Origin: Octopus sinensis
Lineage: Eukaryota
Reading direction: 5' to 3'
DNA length: 64,000 nt
Assembly: GCF_006345805.1 (NCBI RefSeq)
Contig: NC_042997.1
Coordinates: forward strand, 100,502,001-100,566,000
The translations under genes were made by a program, and so were the position numbers. Shown here in pieces: positions 63,130 through 64,000 of the stretch. Position 1 is the stretch's first letter. Each line of letters opens with the position of its first letter. The notes below the pieces were generated by a model. The model did not search any database. It was not told where the DNA came from and was given only the letters and a program-made list of their open reading frames with translations.

Positions 63130-64000
63130 TAAAATAAATAATAATAAAACATTGTGTACAGTGTTCAGGTGCACTACAACTCATCTAAAGTGTATGTATA
63201 GTACATAGGGTAATGTACAAGCGTCAGGAAAAGAACAGTGCATGAGTCATGACATACACATATGTGCATGAGTATGGAAGGGGGACAATCAGGTGTAGTT
63301 TCGGCGGATTTCGGAAAGCATGAGGGCCTTAAAGGATGCAGTGTCATGGCAGTCAACAACTGATGCAGGCAGTTTGTTCCATGCTTCAGCAACTCTGAGC
63401 GTGAAAAAATGTTTCCGAAAGTCATGGGAGCTGTGCTGTTTTCTGACTTTGTAGGCATGTCCACGTGTGTTGGACACATGGAGATCAAAAAGGTGTTCAG
63501 TGTTGTTGTTGGTGAGGTGGTTGATAACTTTGTGGGTGTTTACCAAGTCCATTGCCAGACGCCGGAGCTTCAGTGAATCCATGCCCAGGGAAACAAGGCG
63601 CTTAGAGTATGGTAGGTGTCTGATGGAGGGTATGCGTTTGGTTGCACGTCTGAACAGATTCCAGGAGATCAATGTTCTGAGCAAGATTGGGGTTCCAAAC
63701 TGATGATGCGAATTCCAAGTGTGGTCGTACCATAGCTGTATACAGCTTTAAATAGATGGCTGGAGAGCGGCTAACAAAAGTCTTGCTGAGTGATGCCAAG
63801 ACACCCTCAGCCTTCTTGACAATTTTAGAGATATGCTTTGTCCAACGCAAATCACTGCCGACAGTGATGCCTAGGTCACGCTCGCAAGAGGATTTCTTGA
63901 TATCAGTGTTGTGGAGGGAGTATGTGGACGCAGGGTTTTTTCTTCCAAAATGCATGGTGGTACACTTGTCCACAGCCAGTTTGTGATCCATTGCTGCATT
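63130..64000 (-). mobile_element. CR1-type LINE 3' fragment (continues beyond the window)
   Basis: DKCTTMHFGRKN, ERDLGI, LYTAMVRPHLEFASSVWNP, LESVQ/RRATK, NTRGHAYK, FFTLRVAEAWNKLP; frameshift near 63650. Confidence 0.92.

Overview
AT-rich, microsatellite- and transposon-dense animal genomic DNA. The SINE and RTE families look like those of octopus; this host call is from memory of the repeats and was not verified by search. There is one complete protein-coding gene, ABCC10/MRP7 (+ strand). I assembled it by hand into 17 coding exons (ATG 34042, TAG 61800), all introns GT-AG with consistent phases, giving 4632 nt = 1543 aa with TMD0-TMD1-NBD1-TMD2-NBD2. A splice acceptor at 33898 implies an upstream non-coding exon, and two strong-context uORFs precede the start codon. 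The left 33 kb is mostly transposon debris: Tigger/pogo, maT (DD37D), Helitrons, a near-intact 5'-truncated RTE LINE, many RTE 3' ends, SINEs and Penelope-like (PLE) derivatives. It also holds weak splice-site evidence for a minus-strand transcript. The right end has HERO-like and CR1 LINE fragments. I found no prokaryotic features, tRNA/rRNA genes or CRISPR arrays, and I cannot claim a proven new system. The most interesting pattern is a recurring link between hammerhead-ribozyme core motifs and fold-back DNA. It includes a complete type I hammerhead fold inside a 2.4-kb element bounded by 214-bp inverted repeats, a minimal hammerhead variant at 12.1 kb, and two near-perfect palindromes carrying hammerhead half-motifs. 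Several long dsRNA-forming structures also lie inside ABCC10 introns. Repeat boundaries are approximate unless termini are quoted.
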